From NCBI GenBank assembly GCA_903813345.2, contig CAIIXF020000001.1, positions 48,732,001 through 48,796,000 of the forward strand: DNA of 64,000 nucleotides, written 5' to 3'. The notes under the pieces were generated by a model, which saw only the letters and a list, made by a program, of their open reading frames with translations, was not told where the DNA came from and did not search any database. The translations under genes were made by a program, and so were the position numbers. This document shows, piece by piece, positions 13,788 to 27,994 of the stretch. Position 1 is the stretch's first letter. The number at the start of each line of letters is the position of its first letter. The DNA comes from Owenia fusiformis (Eukaryota).

Positions 13788-14871
13788 ATGCAAAGTGGTA
13801 CTAGATATGCAGCGACAGACGGAGAGACCCAACACGGTCTGCAAAGTAACCTGCTCAAACCTATGGACGTCCTAGATTCGCACGGTGAGAGAGGGGACTT
13901 TTTGAGGCGCTTGCACACACTCAGCTCGACAGAGACAAGTGGCATAGGTGACTGCCATACGACGCTATCGAGGGAAGAACTCAACGGTAAAACCACAAGG
14001 CAATCAAGTTTCCAAACAGACGTTGACAGCCCTAGAATCCCAAGGCGTAGACATTCATTTGAACTGGCGATAATGGGAATGTACACCAATCATTCATCGC
14101 ACGAGGTGCCGGACGAAGGTATTGATACCAACGATGATCCTGTCGAATTTGACGAGCTATTCAGTCGGAGTCATATAGATATAAGTGGAGGGACTAATAT
14201 CGATCGTTCGATGTTTTTTAGTTCACAAGAACGGCTTAAAAATAGAGGACCAAACACATCCAGTTCAGCAGCGGTACAATATGAAATGGGGGAATACTGC
14301 ACTAACAGTCCGGACAGATCGGACTCTCCAACTTCATCTATACCAGGTGACTTTGGAGAAGGCAGGAGCCCTGATGATCACCACAATAGTTCCCGTAGGA
14401 ACTCGAGGGCGGGGAAAATGGAATCGGATTGGATGCGATGGGGAAGGGACAGGAGAGATAGCATGAAGAAACGCAATGATAAACTTGAACAACACCAAAA
14501 ACAAATAGAGTCCAAGCGTACACCAACGCCTGTTAAAAAGGCCAGAAAGGAAAGTTTAAAATTCGTAGCAGCTGGATATGCAATCAATGACACTGACCTC
14601 TCCATTGATGATGATATCCCAGAAATAGAGGAGAACCCAAGAATTCTTCAGAGAGAACGTCTTATGTCAAAGGCATCTAGTGGCTTGACGCCGGTGTCAC
14701 CAATCAGGCCACAACGCTACAAAAGAGCAACATTTGACCCTAATGTCTTAACAGCATTTTGGCAACATAAGATATTTACCAGGGGTAGGATTGTTGGTAT
14801 CACCCTCAGCATCATAGCGTTCATCACCAACATAATCTCAATCGCAAATCATTACTGGTTATATCATACAG
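13788..14871 (+). CDS. Claudin-like gene exon 1 (N-terminal tail + TM1)
   Basis: 363-aa ORF in the track; donor CAG|GTCAGT at 14871/14872. Confidence 0.9.
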
Positions 14872-17800
14872 GTCAGTGAAATTAAGTCATTTATTTCAGA
14901 AATTGTCTCCCGTATACCATTTAGATAGACTATGAAGGCGTTTTAATTACCTAATTCTTGCTACTGTACATTGGTGACAATTTTAGTTGGGCCTATTCAC
15001 GGGTATTTGCTAAATGCCCCCCCCCCCCCGAATGCTTCGTCGTCTTTAATCACCTTGCTAATCAAGCCAAAGATAGTAATATTTGAAAGCATTCGGATGG
15101 CATGACTCTTCCCGTGTATGATTTGAATCATCTTCAGTTTAGCAATGAGTGAAATACACTTACAGATGCGGAGTCTGTTCAAAATTATTACAAACGCTTT
15201 CGGATACTCTCTTTATTGAAGTTTTCACGATACAGGCTTAAGTAGAAGTAATGAATCTTTTGTAACGCAATTCCCAGGGCACGCTTAATCGCATGCTGCA
15301 GAGTTTTAGTTATGCATTTCATAATTTTAAATGATAACTGTTACACATAGACTTTTATTTTACTGTTATTTATGTCATACTGGTAATTGTTTTTCTATGA
15401 TTACTAAGCGCTTTGACTAAGTAGAATGAGACGTCACACACTCCCCCTTTAAAGAATTATGTCACGGGAATTGTAAAATCACATGTGGCAACAACAGAGA
15501 ACACGCGAATCAACTGATGTATCTAATAAAATGAGAACCTGAGCACCTGTTAGCTGTAAAAACAAAGCATTATTATTGCCTTATTGGATATAATAGCATG
15601 TATGCATGTACTTTATTGAATGCTTCCAGATCAACAGGTACAATCCAATCATATCCATTCTGGCTTATGGCTGCGATGTAATTCTCATAAAAATACTTCT
15701 TCCGAAATCTGCACGTTTATATCAGATGAACGTAAGTTTTAGCTAGTTTTAGTAGTATGACCCACCTAATAGAAATTCACAAATCATATACTAAATTAAA
15801 GCTAAGTATGTTATGTTCTTCACTCTACCTTTCTTTAGCATTAGTCCATTTCATTCCACGTTTCGTTTTCATTATCATTAAGTGGCCAAACATCGGGCCA
15901 AGACGGAAAAAGAAGCTGTATGATGGATATCAAAATAAGGCATAGAGATTTCGCTAATTACTCTATGTAGGCATTGATCTCCATCCAAAATCACAAGCAC
16001 TATAGTCTTGCATCAAGGCATTGTTACCCTCTCTCTAACCAAGTTGCAGAGAAGATTAGGTACAAGCGTTCATGAATTATTAGTTTTTTTCTTCTTCAGA
16101 CTGGCAACGTGCTGTGATTGGACTGCTGATTTTCACCTTTGCCTTTGGTTTGTTGGCCACTGTGTTGTCCATCTGTGGCATATTTAGCGCACATATGGGC
16201 AAGAAAGTCTATTTCTACCACTCGTCTGGAGAGATGTTTTTTATATGTGGTAAGTTCTCTCATCTAGATAATTTATAGAGTAAAACGTTTTCCCAGGGTT
16301 ATATGATACACGCAGGTTATCACTCTAAGTACATTTAATTAGTTCAATGATATACATCTGAGTCTTGCATTGAGACCTTAGTTTATGCCCCCCCCCCCCA
16401 TTCAACGTCACTTCTTTTACATAAAGATGGAGAAACAGATAAGGGACAGATGTTTAATGCAAGACTACTCATTCTCCTGTATTTATGTTAATTTTTCAGC
16501 TGTTGGTTTCATAAAATTGGATTTAAAGTTTGAACTAAATTGATAACATTGGATATCCGCCCACATCCGATGTTTAAATTATTTGATTATAAATTTTAAT
16601 TTGATTTCATATCAAACTGACTATTTTGTCATTACATAATCATAGGCAGACTCACATCCCATTTGCGAAGCCTATATTTCCAGTCCCGACTATAAAAAGT
16701 TGAGGTTGGATATCCATTCCGAGTCTTTACGCCGTGCATATGATATCCTCAACTTACTATTCATTTCGGGAGAATCGAATTAAATGACTATCGATAATAT
16801 TGCACATATATAAAGAAGCATACAATCTCAGTGTTCATACATAAGGGTTATGTACTGGGAGGTTTTGGATATGGGGTTTATCCAGAGGGAGATATGCATA
16901 TCTACCTGAGGGACCGTAGGGACCGAAGGTAGATGTGTATATCTCACGACATGGCTCATGTGACAGCTAATTTAGTAAGTCAGTGTTTCTAAGATCGTTC
17001 GATTTCCAGCCCTCTCGACCCCCCCCCTCCCTTTAAACATCATACGTAAATGTGGAACGGATAGAGGAGGGAGTATAAGCCAAAGATTAGGATTCTACAT
17101 GCCATTGAACATATATTTATGGTATCAGTCACATTAGAATAATACAACTTTTTATCGTGTCTCTTCCATCGATTTAAGATGTTTCCTCGACAAGCTCAAT
17201 TTTTTATTCATTATTCCAATGCGGGCTTTGATAAGGATATAGGGAATCATTTGTACGTACGTACGTCAGTTCGTATGCTTTCAATGATTAGCTCAAATGA
17301 CTGTCAATTTTCCTGCCGATAAACTTCCGTAAGTCAGTATCATTTTTCGCAAATAAATAATTGTGTGTTTTATTAAAAATTGTTTCAGTCTAGTCGCGCT
17401 CTGTGAAAGTCAAAATAGCCGTTAGAATGTACAAATTTTGTTCTTTTCTGTTACATTCGCTTATATTTTGTCACATATATAATGACATGATATGGAAAGA
17501 GATATTCCGAGATTCTAATAAGTGCATACTTGCCACCCAGTGTGAAAATAAAAAAATGAAATTGATTTACAACAAGTCTCATTGACTCCGCTATTCAAGT
17601 CCCGATTCAAGTATTCAAAAGAAGACATCGTTTCAGGGGATGTTGATTTGCAGTGAAAAGACAATTTCAATTAATTCAATCTAAATCAATTCGCCAATGA
17701 CTCTGGGTTGAACAGTCCCCCATGTTTTTCTCAATATCTTGATTTGCAGGTAAACTAATAAAACACATCGTTTGAGTTCAGGCCTTTGTCATCGTGATTG

Positions 17801-20367
17801 TGTCGTTGCTAGCAGAAACATTTGATTCATCAAAACACTTATTGCACAGTAAAGTTTAATACAATTTAGCTTTGATCGTGAAAAAATGTATTTCCCTTGT
17901 GGTTCTGTGTTCGACTATTTGACATTTATCTATAAGCTTGCCTGACTGATCTAGCAGAATGCAGCAACCGTCAGATGTGTTTTACATTCATAAATGAGCT
18001 AATGATCCAGCCGTGAAATGTTGAGATACAAATCATACATTTGCTGAAATCGATATATTTATGATCTATGGAGCGCATTAGACCAGATCTACTAGCCTTT
18101 GAGAGATGTTTCGGAGATTAACCTCATAATTTTGTTACTTATGTTGTTACTTATGTATTTACGATATCACTGGTTGACCAGCGCTCATTTTAAACTATGT
18201 GTTCAATTTTCCAAATGAGCTGATGTGATCTTCGTTCATGTCTTTTGAATGATTAACCTGATCCACTTCACAATTCACACTTACCTTTTGTGGGACACTC
18301 GAGTCCATATAATTAATAGCATTGTACGCTTTGAGCTCCTTAGCTAGAGAAAGTATACGAAATTAAATCTAGAAGCTAAAACCGTACATTTAGGAACTGT
18401 CAATATCATCCTATAAAACATAAATTTTGGGCATATGTAGAGGTAATACTAAGAGAGTGACCGTACGTTGGATTTATCCTGAAAATTAATATGATAGTCT
18501 ACCTGAGGGTTAATCTCGATATGAGGACTCTTAATAAATTAATTAAAAAGAATATATTTGAGAAAAAATGTTTCGATAAAATTAACAAAATATTCGAGAT
18601 GAACACCCACCTCATCTCTGTGGCCCAAGCCATCTCTATGAAATCAGCACGCTTGTTTGCTCGTTGCTTATGGTGAAGCCACCCGTCTACCCCTGATTTC
18701 GTCAATCATCCTGTCCGTGCAGTGTGTACCTGGAAAGATAAAAAATAAATAAATAAAAACCTACATACCTGAAAAATAAAAAAATAACTGTACCACATCA
18801 ATTTTCTTGAATTATGCATCCTGATTCCTGATAACACGAGATGTCATCGCTTAATTTCGTCTAGGAGCAAAATGATATATTTCGTGCTCATAGAAGTTGA
18901 CTGCTCCTAGACGTCAACCAGAGTGATCCATCAAGGTATTACATATGACTGAAGGAATACACTGGTTTAACAGTATGGAATAAGTATAAGTAGCTCTTGG
19001 ATTAAAAATAATTTGTTTGAAAATCTTGAGATTTATATTTAGACAACCTGCACATAAACGTTCCAATTTCTCCCGTGGATAATCATCACATATTTTTGTT
19101 TTGCAACTAGCAACATTTTTCTAGAATAGAATTATCTCTCGTGACCCTAGACAATTGCTGTGTAAGATGCATGTCTTTAAAGAAGACCATCAAACTTATA
19201 ATCATAAAATACTGGCTCACTAATGATGCAGAACTTAAAAACCATCATCCATCTAGCCCCAAAACGTGTATGTAGCGTTTTGGAGAGGGACGTAGTCTGA
19301 TATCGTTAGACGAGAATTCGTTGAGATGCTTTGAAAGATACCATCACCTTATGAGTTCTGATTCGAGCCCTCTTCCCATTCCTCAAAGTGGATGAATCAA
19401 GATTGACGCATTATGCCCAATAAATGTGGGCATATGAGAGCTAGCCTAATTTGTTTTCAGACTAAAACGTTTTGAATTGCTCGTTGCTAATGCGACTGTC
19501 AGTCTCGAAATCATATTATATTAAAGGTTTACGTCGATTTTTAACTTAGAATTCAGTCTAGGGCATGAACGGTTTTGGAGAACTTGTTACACTGCTGTTT
19601 TGATACATCGACGGCTGATTTAATAAAAGCAATAAGAGTTTCTCGAATCGAAATTGGTCCCATGGTTAAAAAAGAATCTAGCTACATGCTCTTGAGAGAA
19701 AATTAATTTTAATAGCGAAACCTTGATGAAAGTCGTTAATCACAATGGGAAGTATTCATGACGCAAAAGTTGAATATTCCATTTCAACCCCAAAATCATA
19801 CATCTATACTGTAAATTTGCCATAGACCGTGTCAATTAGGTAAATTCCCTCTAAATCGAGTAAATGATGACAAATGACTAAAATTTCCTTCATATGTTCG
19901 CCATCTTAATTCTTGAAGTTTTTGCTCTGAATATGTAAATTGTCTTGGAGGATTCATGGCGTCAAGCTTTATGTCACCACCAGGCAGGTGTGACGGGGTG
20001 GGTGGGTTGCGCTCAGCGTCTGTAGCAGGGTTTGTAGCTGCACTAAATTATATACAGTGACCATTAACAATGATAGTGATGATATTTTGTTAAATTTTAA
20101 TGCTTTGTCTACATTTGCTGGAATAATGTTTCTCTATACACTCTACTTGCAGGTCTAAACTCTTCAGCAGCCTTAATCATTTATTTGGTGGCAGTGGAGT
20201 ATTCCAACTTCACAGATCGTTCATATGGAGTTGGCTTCATCATGGGCTGGTTCACTTCAATATCATTCTACATATCTGCCACGTGCATGGAGCTGGACGA
20301 ATTGGTCCGGTATTATAATAAAACCTGCACCCATTGCTGTAGCAGGGGTGGAGTGCAACACGTGTAG
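13788..20367 (+). CDS. Claudin/PMP22/EMP-superfamily four-transmembrane protein with long N-terminal cytoplasmic extension (516 aa; join 13788-14871, 15630-15731, 16100-16249, 20153-20367)
   Basis: All introns GT-AG, all phase 1; 1084+102+150+215=1551 nt. In-frame TGA at 13761 upstream of ATG. TM1 RIVGITLSIIAFITNIISIA, ECL1 signature W...GLWLRC...C, TM2 AVIGLLIFTFAFGLLATVLSICG, TM3, SYG-containing ECL2 and TM4 GFIMGWFTSISFYISA. Confidence 0.88.
15630..15731 (+). CDS. Claudin-like gene exon 2 (ECL1, GLWxxC...C)
   Basis: TTCCAG| DQQVQSNHIHSGLWLRCNSHKNTSSEICTFISDE |GTAAGT; phase 1-1. Confidence 0.85.
16100..16249 (+). CDS. Claudin-like gene exon 3 (TM2, start of TM3)
   Basis: Polypyrimidine CTTCAG| WQRAVIGLLIFTFAFGLLATVLSICGIFSAHMGKKVYFYHSSGEMFFIC |GTAAGT. 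Confidence 0.9.
20153..20367 (+). CDS. Claudin-like gene exon 4 (TM3 end, TM4, C-tail)
   Basis: TTGCAG| LNSSAALIIYLVAVEYSNFTDRSYGVGFIMGWFTSISFYISATCMELDELVRYYNKTCTHCCSRGGVQHV*; AATAAA at 20853-20858. Confidence 0.9.
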
Positions 20368-23300
20368 CTCGTGTTTCATGATAGGAGAATTATTGCAATT
20401 GTTTCGCATAATAGTTGTGATTGTTTGGCAAAATTATTGTGATTGTTCAGCAGAATCATTGCGATTGTTCAGCAAAACAATCGCCATAGTTGTATATATC
20501 TGATGTCGGAGGGGCGTCTCACATGTGTATATATAATCAAGTATGTCTTCCTCTTGGTGACGGGTGGTGTAATCGTAATGGATGACACGACGCAATGGAC
20601 GACTGTTATGAATTCCATAACAATGAGAACTCCCTGAATGACTGCAAGATCCTTCATTGCATTTAACCTGGGAGACGATCTTTAAGCAAATTAACTGAAA
20701 GGATTACCCCCTACCATCCAATTATCGCATCGTAATCGCAACGACAATTGGAATTGCTTCGTGGGCAGCTATTACTTTCACACGATGATTTAGCCTCTGA
20801 CAATCAGTCTTTACCGGTTTTCAGACCTGGTTTCCTTTGTTTTCTGGACACTAATAAAGGATACTAATGAACTACAAATAATATAAATCATTCAAACAAT
20901 TGAAAAGAACGATTTAGAGTATCCTACATAAGACGACTAGATTGTTGATCCGACTCAATTGATATCCGTAATCCGAGATCGTATCCTATGCAAGGGCTAT
21001 GCTCTCATTTAATTTATCAATATGTGCCCTTTGCTTTTCAAAGTAACTTCTTGATTCATAAGGTTTCAGTCGTTTTAACCTCCTATACCTTTCAAAGTCG
21101 AAGATATCAAACTAGTGGACGATTGAATAATCCAAGATATAAATGTTGTCTAGGGACAACAAATGTGCACAATGATAGCCACCATTTCCATTTTAAAAAC
21201 CAAAATAGGAATTAGATTTTTAAGAAGTGAGTTCGAAGATTTGATTAGGGCCTACTATACCAGGGATAATGGCAATATTTCCCATTTTGGGGACACTTGG
21301 AAAGGCACGTTAACCATAATAGTAGTATACTTGTCGAGGTAATATATATTTTGGGATGGAAGACGCATTCTTGAAATATATTGTGTCATTAAACGTCTTT
21401 ATCATGTTTTTGAGACTGAATCATTTTCGTTGAAAACTAGTTGGCTAAGTATTTTCACAGATATTTCATAAATATTTCAAAACTTAAATAAATAGTTAGT
21501 CGAAATATTGAGGTGGTAAAATAGTTTTGAATGTAGTGAATCAAGTAAGATTTTCATTATTTGATTGATTCAGTATTTGAACGATAAACAGGTCAGAGTG
21601 TTATACTTAAACAAGTAGCTGATGAACTATCAGTGTTATGGAAATGGTACATTGTGTGCACACGCGAATTCCCTTGATAAGTTGCGGATCTACTTTTTAT
21701 ATTAAAAAATCACACGTTTGGGTTGTGATTAGTTTGCCTTTGTGCTTGCGGGTAATGCATGATGGATTTTCATCAAATGGGAAATACTGGTAATGGACCG
21801 AGATTCATAATTGAATCCTTGCATATGCGCATACGACACCTCAAATTCTATGGAAATTCTCGGAAATTAGTTAATTTCAGTTCCCGCCGGAGATATGATT
21901 TGAAGTAATATTGAAAAAACATTCATAGTATAGGATATGACTTAAGAGTGAGGTATTGTTGCATGACTAAATCTCCAATGGAAAATAAACGATATTATCA
22001 TCAAACTAGATCATGATTCATGAACTTAAGCTGTCTGCCGAGAAACTTCATTCTTGATATCCAAATGTATTCTACAATTGAGGCATGAACAACTGTTCGT
22101 TATTAATTAAATGGATTTTATCAAAATGAAATGAAATAAATATCCATTTGTCATTATATAAATCATATTTTTCTGTTAATCGTTTTTGCTGCTGTTGTGC
22201 AAGAGCTAGGGAGATGGGCTCACGTTTCTTATGGTGTATCCATCATTTCAGTTTGATCCATGTCTGCGTTATGTTAAAATGCAACTTTTTATAAAAACAA
22301 CACTCCGTTCGTATTTGAGTTATACACATGATACTTTATTCAGTTCAGAAAGTAATAGCGAACTATTGTTAATATTTGGAATCATGATAAGTTCCAGGCA
22401 GTGGGTCTTGAAAATAGTCGAGGGGCTCCATGAAGCTTTTGGAGTGTTCCTTCGCCTTTAACATTGCAACAGTCGTTTGGGACTCCGTGAGACTTTGTCC
22501 ATGAAACTCCTTAGGACCTGATTGGACTTCATAGGACCTCTTTTGGAAAGTCTCGACCCGGTGTCAACGTTTATATAGACCGTACTAAATATGGACTTTT
22601 AGACTATATAGTCCTGGGATATATTGATTACCAATACAGAAAATATGGTCCAGTATCACAGTGGGTATATGCAGGGAGACTATATTTACTCTGACACCGG
22701 GTCCCCTGGATTCGCTCGAAAAAAGGCTATGGTTTCACGAGACTCGCTTGAAATCTGTTTTCACATAATTCTAGCTTCGAGACCCATTACTCTGGGGGCC
22801 TCAATGAGCAAAAGAAATAAGGTCCCGTGTGAAATTAAATTGGAAGAATTCATTGTGACTTATCCGTTATAAGATGCAAGCTTCGTATACCAAGAGGGTT
22901 AACTCATCAATATGGTGAACTGAATTCAACAATGTTTTTCTCTTAAACCAATTATTGAAAACATTCTGTAAAAAACACGGTCCTTTGTGTAATGTTGACT
23001 GATTGCCACCAATTTAATGCAAAAATTATTTACATATATTTTATATAACTGTTTTTGTTAACATTTTTTGTTTTTTTAGTGCAATTGTTTTTGTGCCTTT
23101 CTACCAATTCTTGAGAATGAAATAAAATGTCTTTCCGAACCTTGTTGGAACAAAATAGCATATACAGCATTTTCTTAGACCTCTCAATATTATAGTAATA
23201 CGAAGGAAATTTTGATTGATTTAACAAAAAGTATGCAAAAACTTAAAAAAGACCCCCCCCCCTAAAATAGATAAAAAATTAAGATAACCCTTTTATTTCA

Positions 23301-23523
23301 ATAACAAGATACTTTTTTAAAATCAACCAAACGTAACTTTGTACAATTACAATACTGAAAGACCTAAACACGTTGTTCCAATGAGGTTCGGATAGATGTT
23401 TCATTTCATTCCAAACATATGATACCAAGAACGAAAGAAGTGTCTGATGTGTTTTCTAAAACAATATAGAGAAAAGTAAATACACAAAGTGACCTCATAA
23501 AATGATATGAAATAAAGTTTGTA

Positions 23524-24741
23524 CAGGGTGACCCAAAAAGGAACCCTCTAAAAATATCTGTCCTACCAATGCTTTATATGCATAAACTAGATAGAATCTA
23601 TGGATAATATGATATTAAGGTTGTTGCATAAAATTGATTATCCTAAACTTAGTGTACTAAATGTATAATAACATTAAAAAATAAATTTGATATTTATTGG
23701 CAAAGTGAATAACCGGAGGATATCGTAACGATATACTCCGGGCGGAGGATATCATGACGATATACTCCGGAAAACCCAATATGCGGAGGATATTGTGACG
23801 ATATACTCCGCTTGTTGATTTCCCGCCAAATTGACTCTATTTGGCATGAAATTCATTTTGCAATGATATTATACATTTAGTACACTTCTTGTAAGTGTAG
23901 GATAATAAGAACATCCTATGATTTTTTTCAGAATATCATTTTAATCTGCTCGGTGATATTGATATATCCACTCGTTCGCTTTGCTCTCTCGTGCAGATAT
24001 CAATATCACCTCGTAGATAAAAATGATATTCCTCAAAATCATAGGATATCCTATAATTATTTGTGATATCATGGATCATGTAAGATTGTGTCCAATCATC
24101 GGGAAATCAAAATTGAGACAAAATTATATCTTGAGGTCGGAAATTCAAAAGGAAATTGCAAGGAAGACGTGAAATTAATGTCTCATTTAATATTCTAATT
24201 AAAATTTGAAGAATAGGCAATGGCAAAACAACACCTAACAAAAAATCAAATGACTGAAATTCCTGGCATCTGAGCACTGAACACCTCAAACGCTGCGCAA
24301 ATTCCATTGGATGAATTCTCAAGAAACCATAAGACAGGAGAATGATCAGTCAAGACCATTGCATGACATGTGATACACCTGAAAACACCGTGTGAGATTG
24401 CATTGAACGTATTTTCAAAATATCACTCAGAACGTGCAGTCATACCTAAAGATGCCTTTACAAAATGCAGCTTGACAAGAAGTAAAAAGAATACGATGGG
24501 TTCAAAACAAACAAAGTGTGACCCTTTGGATGACACGAAAATCTAACATTTTCTTTTTTTCAAAAGTTGGCACTTTTCTCATTGGCCATTGCAAGAAGAA
24601 TATTGACTGTTATGTAAAGAAATTGGTCTCATATCGTCATCCATAGATTGCAGTTTCTGTACATTGATGAAAAATGAAGCTGATTAATAGTTATTAAAGA
24701 AATTATTCCAGTTTTGGAGGGTTCTGAATCGGGTCATCCTG
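23524..24741 (-). mobile_element. Degenerate Tc1/mariner element carrying a nested hairpin element
   Basis: TA-CAGGGTGACCCAAAAAGGAACCCTC / GAGGGTTCTGAATCGGGTCATCCTG-TA; minus-strand RLRCSVLRCQEFQSFDFLL resembles a Tc1/mariner transposase C-terminus. Confidence 0.7.
23708..24055. repeat. Tandem GGAGGATATCGTAACGATATACTCCG units (x3) plus ~145-bp hairpin; same architecture as 1245-1592
   Basis: ATCCTATGATTTT..GAATATCATTTT..GGTGATATTGATAT / ATATCAATATCACC..AAAATGATATTC..AAAATCATAGGAT at ~23913-24050. Confidence 0.6.
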
Positions 24742-26689
24742 TATATATGATTGTGCGTATCATTAAAAATGTTTTCAGTTGATTTACTTGTTCAAGGCAT
24801 ACAGTATCACTACTTCCATCTATTTATCATAAGCAGTAAGTCATCTACAAATACAAATGAAGAAATCGTGGTCTCGGGTATACTGTATATACTCTGGTAT
24901 ATACTGTTACAATGCAACCAGAACCGAGCCATGGCGGAAGAGTTTAGACCCAGGAGTTTAGATACCACTGTATCCACTTGAAACATTTGTTATTCCTCAA
25001 ATCCGAAAAATCCTGAAAATCAGAAACTGAGGGTTGTCATCACCTGATCACAGGGCTTCAAAATCCAGAATATACATGTATTCTTGGATTCTGGATACCT
25101 GCTTAGGAGGATGAGGGTTGTAGATTTCATATTTTCTGTAAAAACTGAATATTCTGTGTACAGTTTCTACACATATTGATAAAAACAGAAATCAGGGCCA
25201 TTTCTGGACATGAATGCATTTAAATGACAAGATATGATAAATGGCATACTCTCCTTCGACTGGCAGCTCCACCATTTCTCGTCACGTGCATCGTTCCTGT
25301 CTACTCTTGGTTCAGACATAGACATGATTCAAATATCTGTTGATCACAATATCCAAGTGATGCTTACCAACCCTTCGATATAATTGTAAACGAAGGGGCA
25401 CATGTGGGAAGTTCACAAAGTTACTGTATTTAGACACAGTAGGAAGAATTAAAGAGGAATTAAAGAGGAAACACTGTAAAGTGTTGGAAGCAATATTTTA
25501 AAAAATTATGCCAATCCTTGTCTTACAATCCTAATTTTTTTGTATAAAGAATAGAGATATCTGATCTGATATTGAAAACTCCAAATTTATTAGACTTGAA
25601 TAAAGGTTATGTCGCCTCATATAATCTATTATCTACAATCCCTTAGAAATCAAAGGCTTGTCCAGAAATATAAAGCAAAACAATGAATTGTCAAATTGTG
25701 ACGATTTCCTTTCAAAAAACCCATTTCTATTCCTTCTAGTGTTTTTCAACGGCAGCACGCCCGCCATTATCTGATGTACTCGTGAACAAATGAACGAAAA
25801 TATCTTATAATATTCCATTAGCATTGTAACTGTCTTTAGTTGTACACACAGAATCCACACCCCGGGAATCCAAAAGAAGATATTTAATAATGATGTCAAA
25901 AAATTAATTAATTGTATGAATAGTATAACTTATAGTCAATTAATGATTGCAGACATGTATCAAATTGTTTATTTTAATTGAATATTAAATACTCCATGTT
26001 TTAAAATATTGTTGTTGTTTTGGTTTTTCTTAATAGTCGTGGTTCGATTTGTTTAACGTGTTTTAAATAACAAACTTTGTTTTTTATTTGTTTGGGCGAT
26101 CAACTGCTTAATTGCATTAATTTGGGTAATAAGGAAGACATAGAATTATAAAGAGCAATAACAAAATGGAATTAAAACAACAGTATTTGTGGGTGGCATC
26201 GCGGGGTACTTTGAATATTTTGTATGGTTAACATATTGCCAACTACACTGTGAACTAGAGCGAAGCTACTGATACAGACCATGATTTCTCATGATACTGA
26301 GACCGTGATGCTCCAAGTGTGATATTGCAGTTGTTTTAATTTCTACTGTGGTTCTCATCGCGCTTTGCCCTAATTTGAAAAAACAACATTATTATGCCAT
26401 CATGACATCTCATTTCTTCTCAGCCCTGAGATGGTGAAACAGAAAGATGCCATGAGTACCAGAATGTTATTATGCTATTTGACAGTATATTCAACTCTAA
26501 ATGTTTTATGAATTGTCTGCTAAGTGCAGCCTAAATATCCCCCACCCCCTCCACCTTGACAATTTTCATTTCAAGCCCCGCAGAAGACAGAACGAGCTAA
26601 ATTATCATTTGACATCTTTTTTGCGATTAAAGCGACACTGTTCATATATAATATGAAGACCCCGATGAAGACATGACAAAAAATGGTAT

Positions 26690-27355
26690 TACGGTAAATA
26701 TTGGTAGAGATTAAAAGGTGGATTGGATCGAGTGGATTGGATTCATGTAAAAGGTGGATTGGATCGGTAATCTTCAAAATGTGGAATTTCTTATAAAAAA
26801 AATTCCGTTGATCTCCCACTAAACAATTTCCCTCTACAGTATTACAGGTCCTTTTGAGAAATCAGAACAAAGCAATGACAAATACATACTCCAATTAGTT
26901 CATGGACACTCTTAAGTATTTAACCGCTTTCCCTTGTAAATCAACTTTTGTAAGACATAGATCTTTAGAAAAAGAAAACCTGTCATTCAAATTGATGTGT
27001 GAATGTTCACAAAACATTTTTGGTATGTTCAGTTTGGATTGAAAACAGATGATATGGATCTTCAAACCAGTCTGCCTTATGATTTATGAAATGTCTCAAA
27101 TTACACTTGGAATGAATAAGATTGTGTATCAGAAGGCGGGTACCAGGTCATCCTCCTAGCCCACCCAAGCAAAATAATATTACATCTATTATTTGACATT
27201 GTGCAAGTGAAGAGAGCACTAATCTTCCTAAAGGGAGATCAATAGAATTTTTTAAAGGAAAAACCATATTTTGAAGATAGCCAATCCAATCCACCTTTTA
27301 CATGAATCCAATCCACTCGATCCAATCCACCTTTTAATCTTTACCTAAATATTAG
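26690..27355. mobile_element. MITE with ~80-bp inverted arms (GGTGGATTGGAT subrepeats)
   Basis: AGATTAAAAGGTGGATTGGATCGAGTGGATTGGATTCATGTAAAAGGTGGATTGGAT at ~26708 and its reverse complement at ~27284-27340. Exact termini degraded. Confidence 0.75.
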
Positions 27356-27427
27356 TCCCGGGGGAGTTCCTTTCTCTATGTCAAGACAGAGACACAGCAT
27401 TTAAAAATGTGATCAAATATCAGTCCC

Positions 27428-27503
27428 TACCCTTTGTATTCGTTCGACTTCGCTTCTTTAAAGAGAGCTTCGTCTTCAGGTAGTTTCGACTGCGTGCAGG
27501 GTA
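27428..27503. mobile_element. 76-bp mini-copy of TACCCT-terminus element upstream of syndecan
   Basis: TACCCTTTGTATTCGTTCGACTTC...CTGCGTGCAGGGTA, reverse complement of the two ends of 41664-42033; degenerate TSD ATCAGTCCC / ATCAGTATT. Confidence 0.75.
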
Positions 27504-27925
27504 ATCAGTATTACATTGAACATAAATTTCATTTTTCATTAAATTATTGAATGATAGAGGTCAGTCTAATTCGCTATCTTGAGTCACTTCCACTTCCTAT
27601 CTCAGTTGTAAACAAGTATATCCCTACGCGCTAATTGACAAGAATATAATCCAGATTTGAAACAATTGACATCATTGATTTGATATATTGTCGTGGCGTT
27701 TAATGAGCACACAATGTACATTTGATTATATTCTTTGTATTGGTTGATATGAATATCTTCTGAATGATCACGTAACTGATGTTATACTAGCGGATTAATA
27801 TTCATTAAGGAAAGTAGTTCGTCGTGAGAAATACAAGTAAAGACAACACAAAATTTTTCGTGTCATTGTTGGATTTATTACACCGATCTGGACTAACACA
27901 GTGTATCATTGGACATAAGAGTATA

Positions 27926-27994
27926 ATGTATACTCAATACTTTATCTTGGTGCTCTGTTTATTATTATTAGGTGGCTCCAATTCAGCAAAATCG
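27926..27994 (+). CDS. Sdc: Syndecan exon 1 (signal peptide)
   Basis: [29 protein letters not shown], phase 0. Confidence 0.8.

Noticed and set aside
13700..14605. Overlapping ORFs 13700-14089(-), 14185-14466(+), 14338-14526(-), 14378-14605(-)
   Set aside because: Shadow frames of the real 1084-nt exon; no recognisable domains or splice support.
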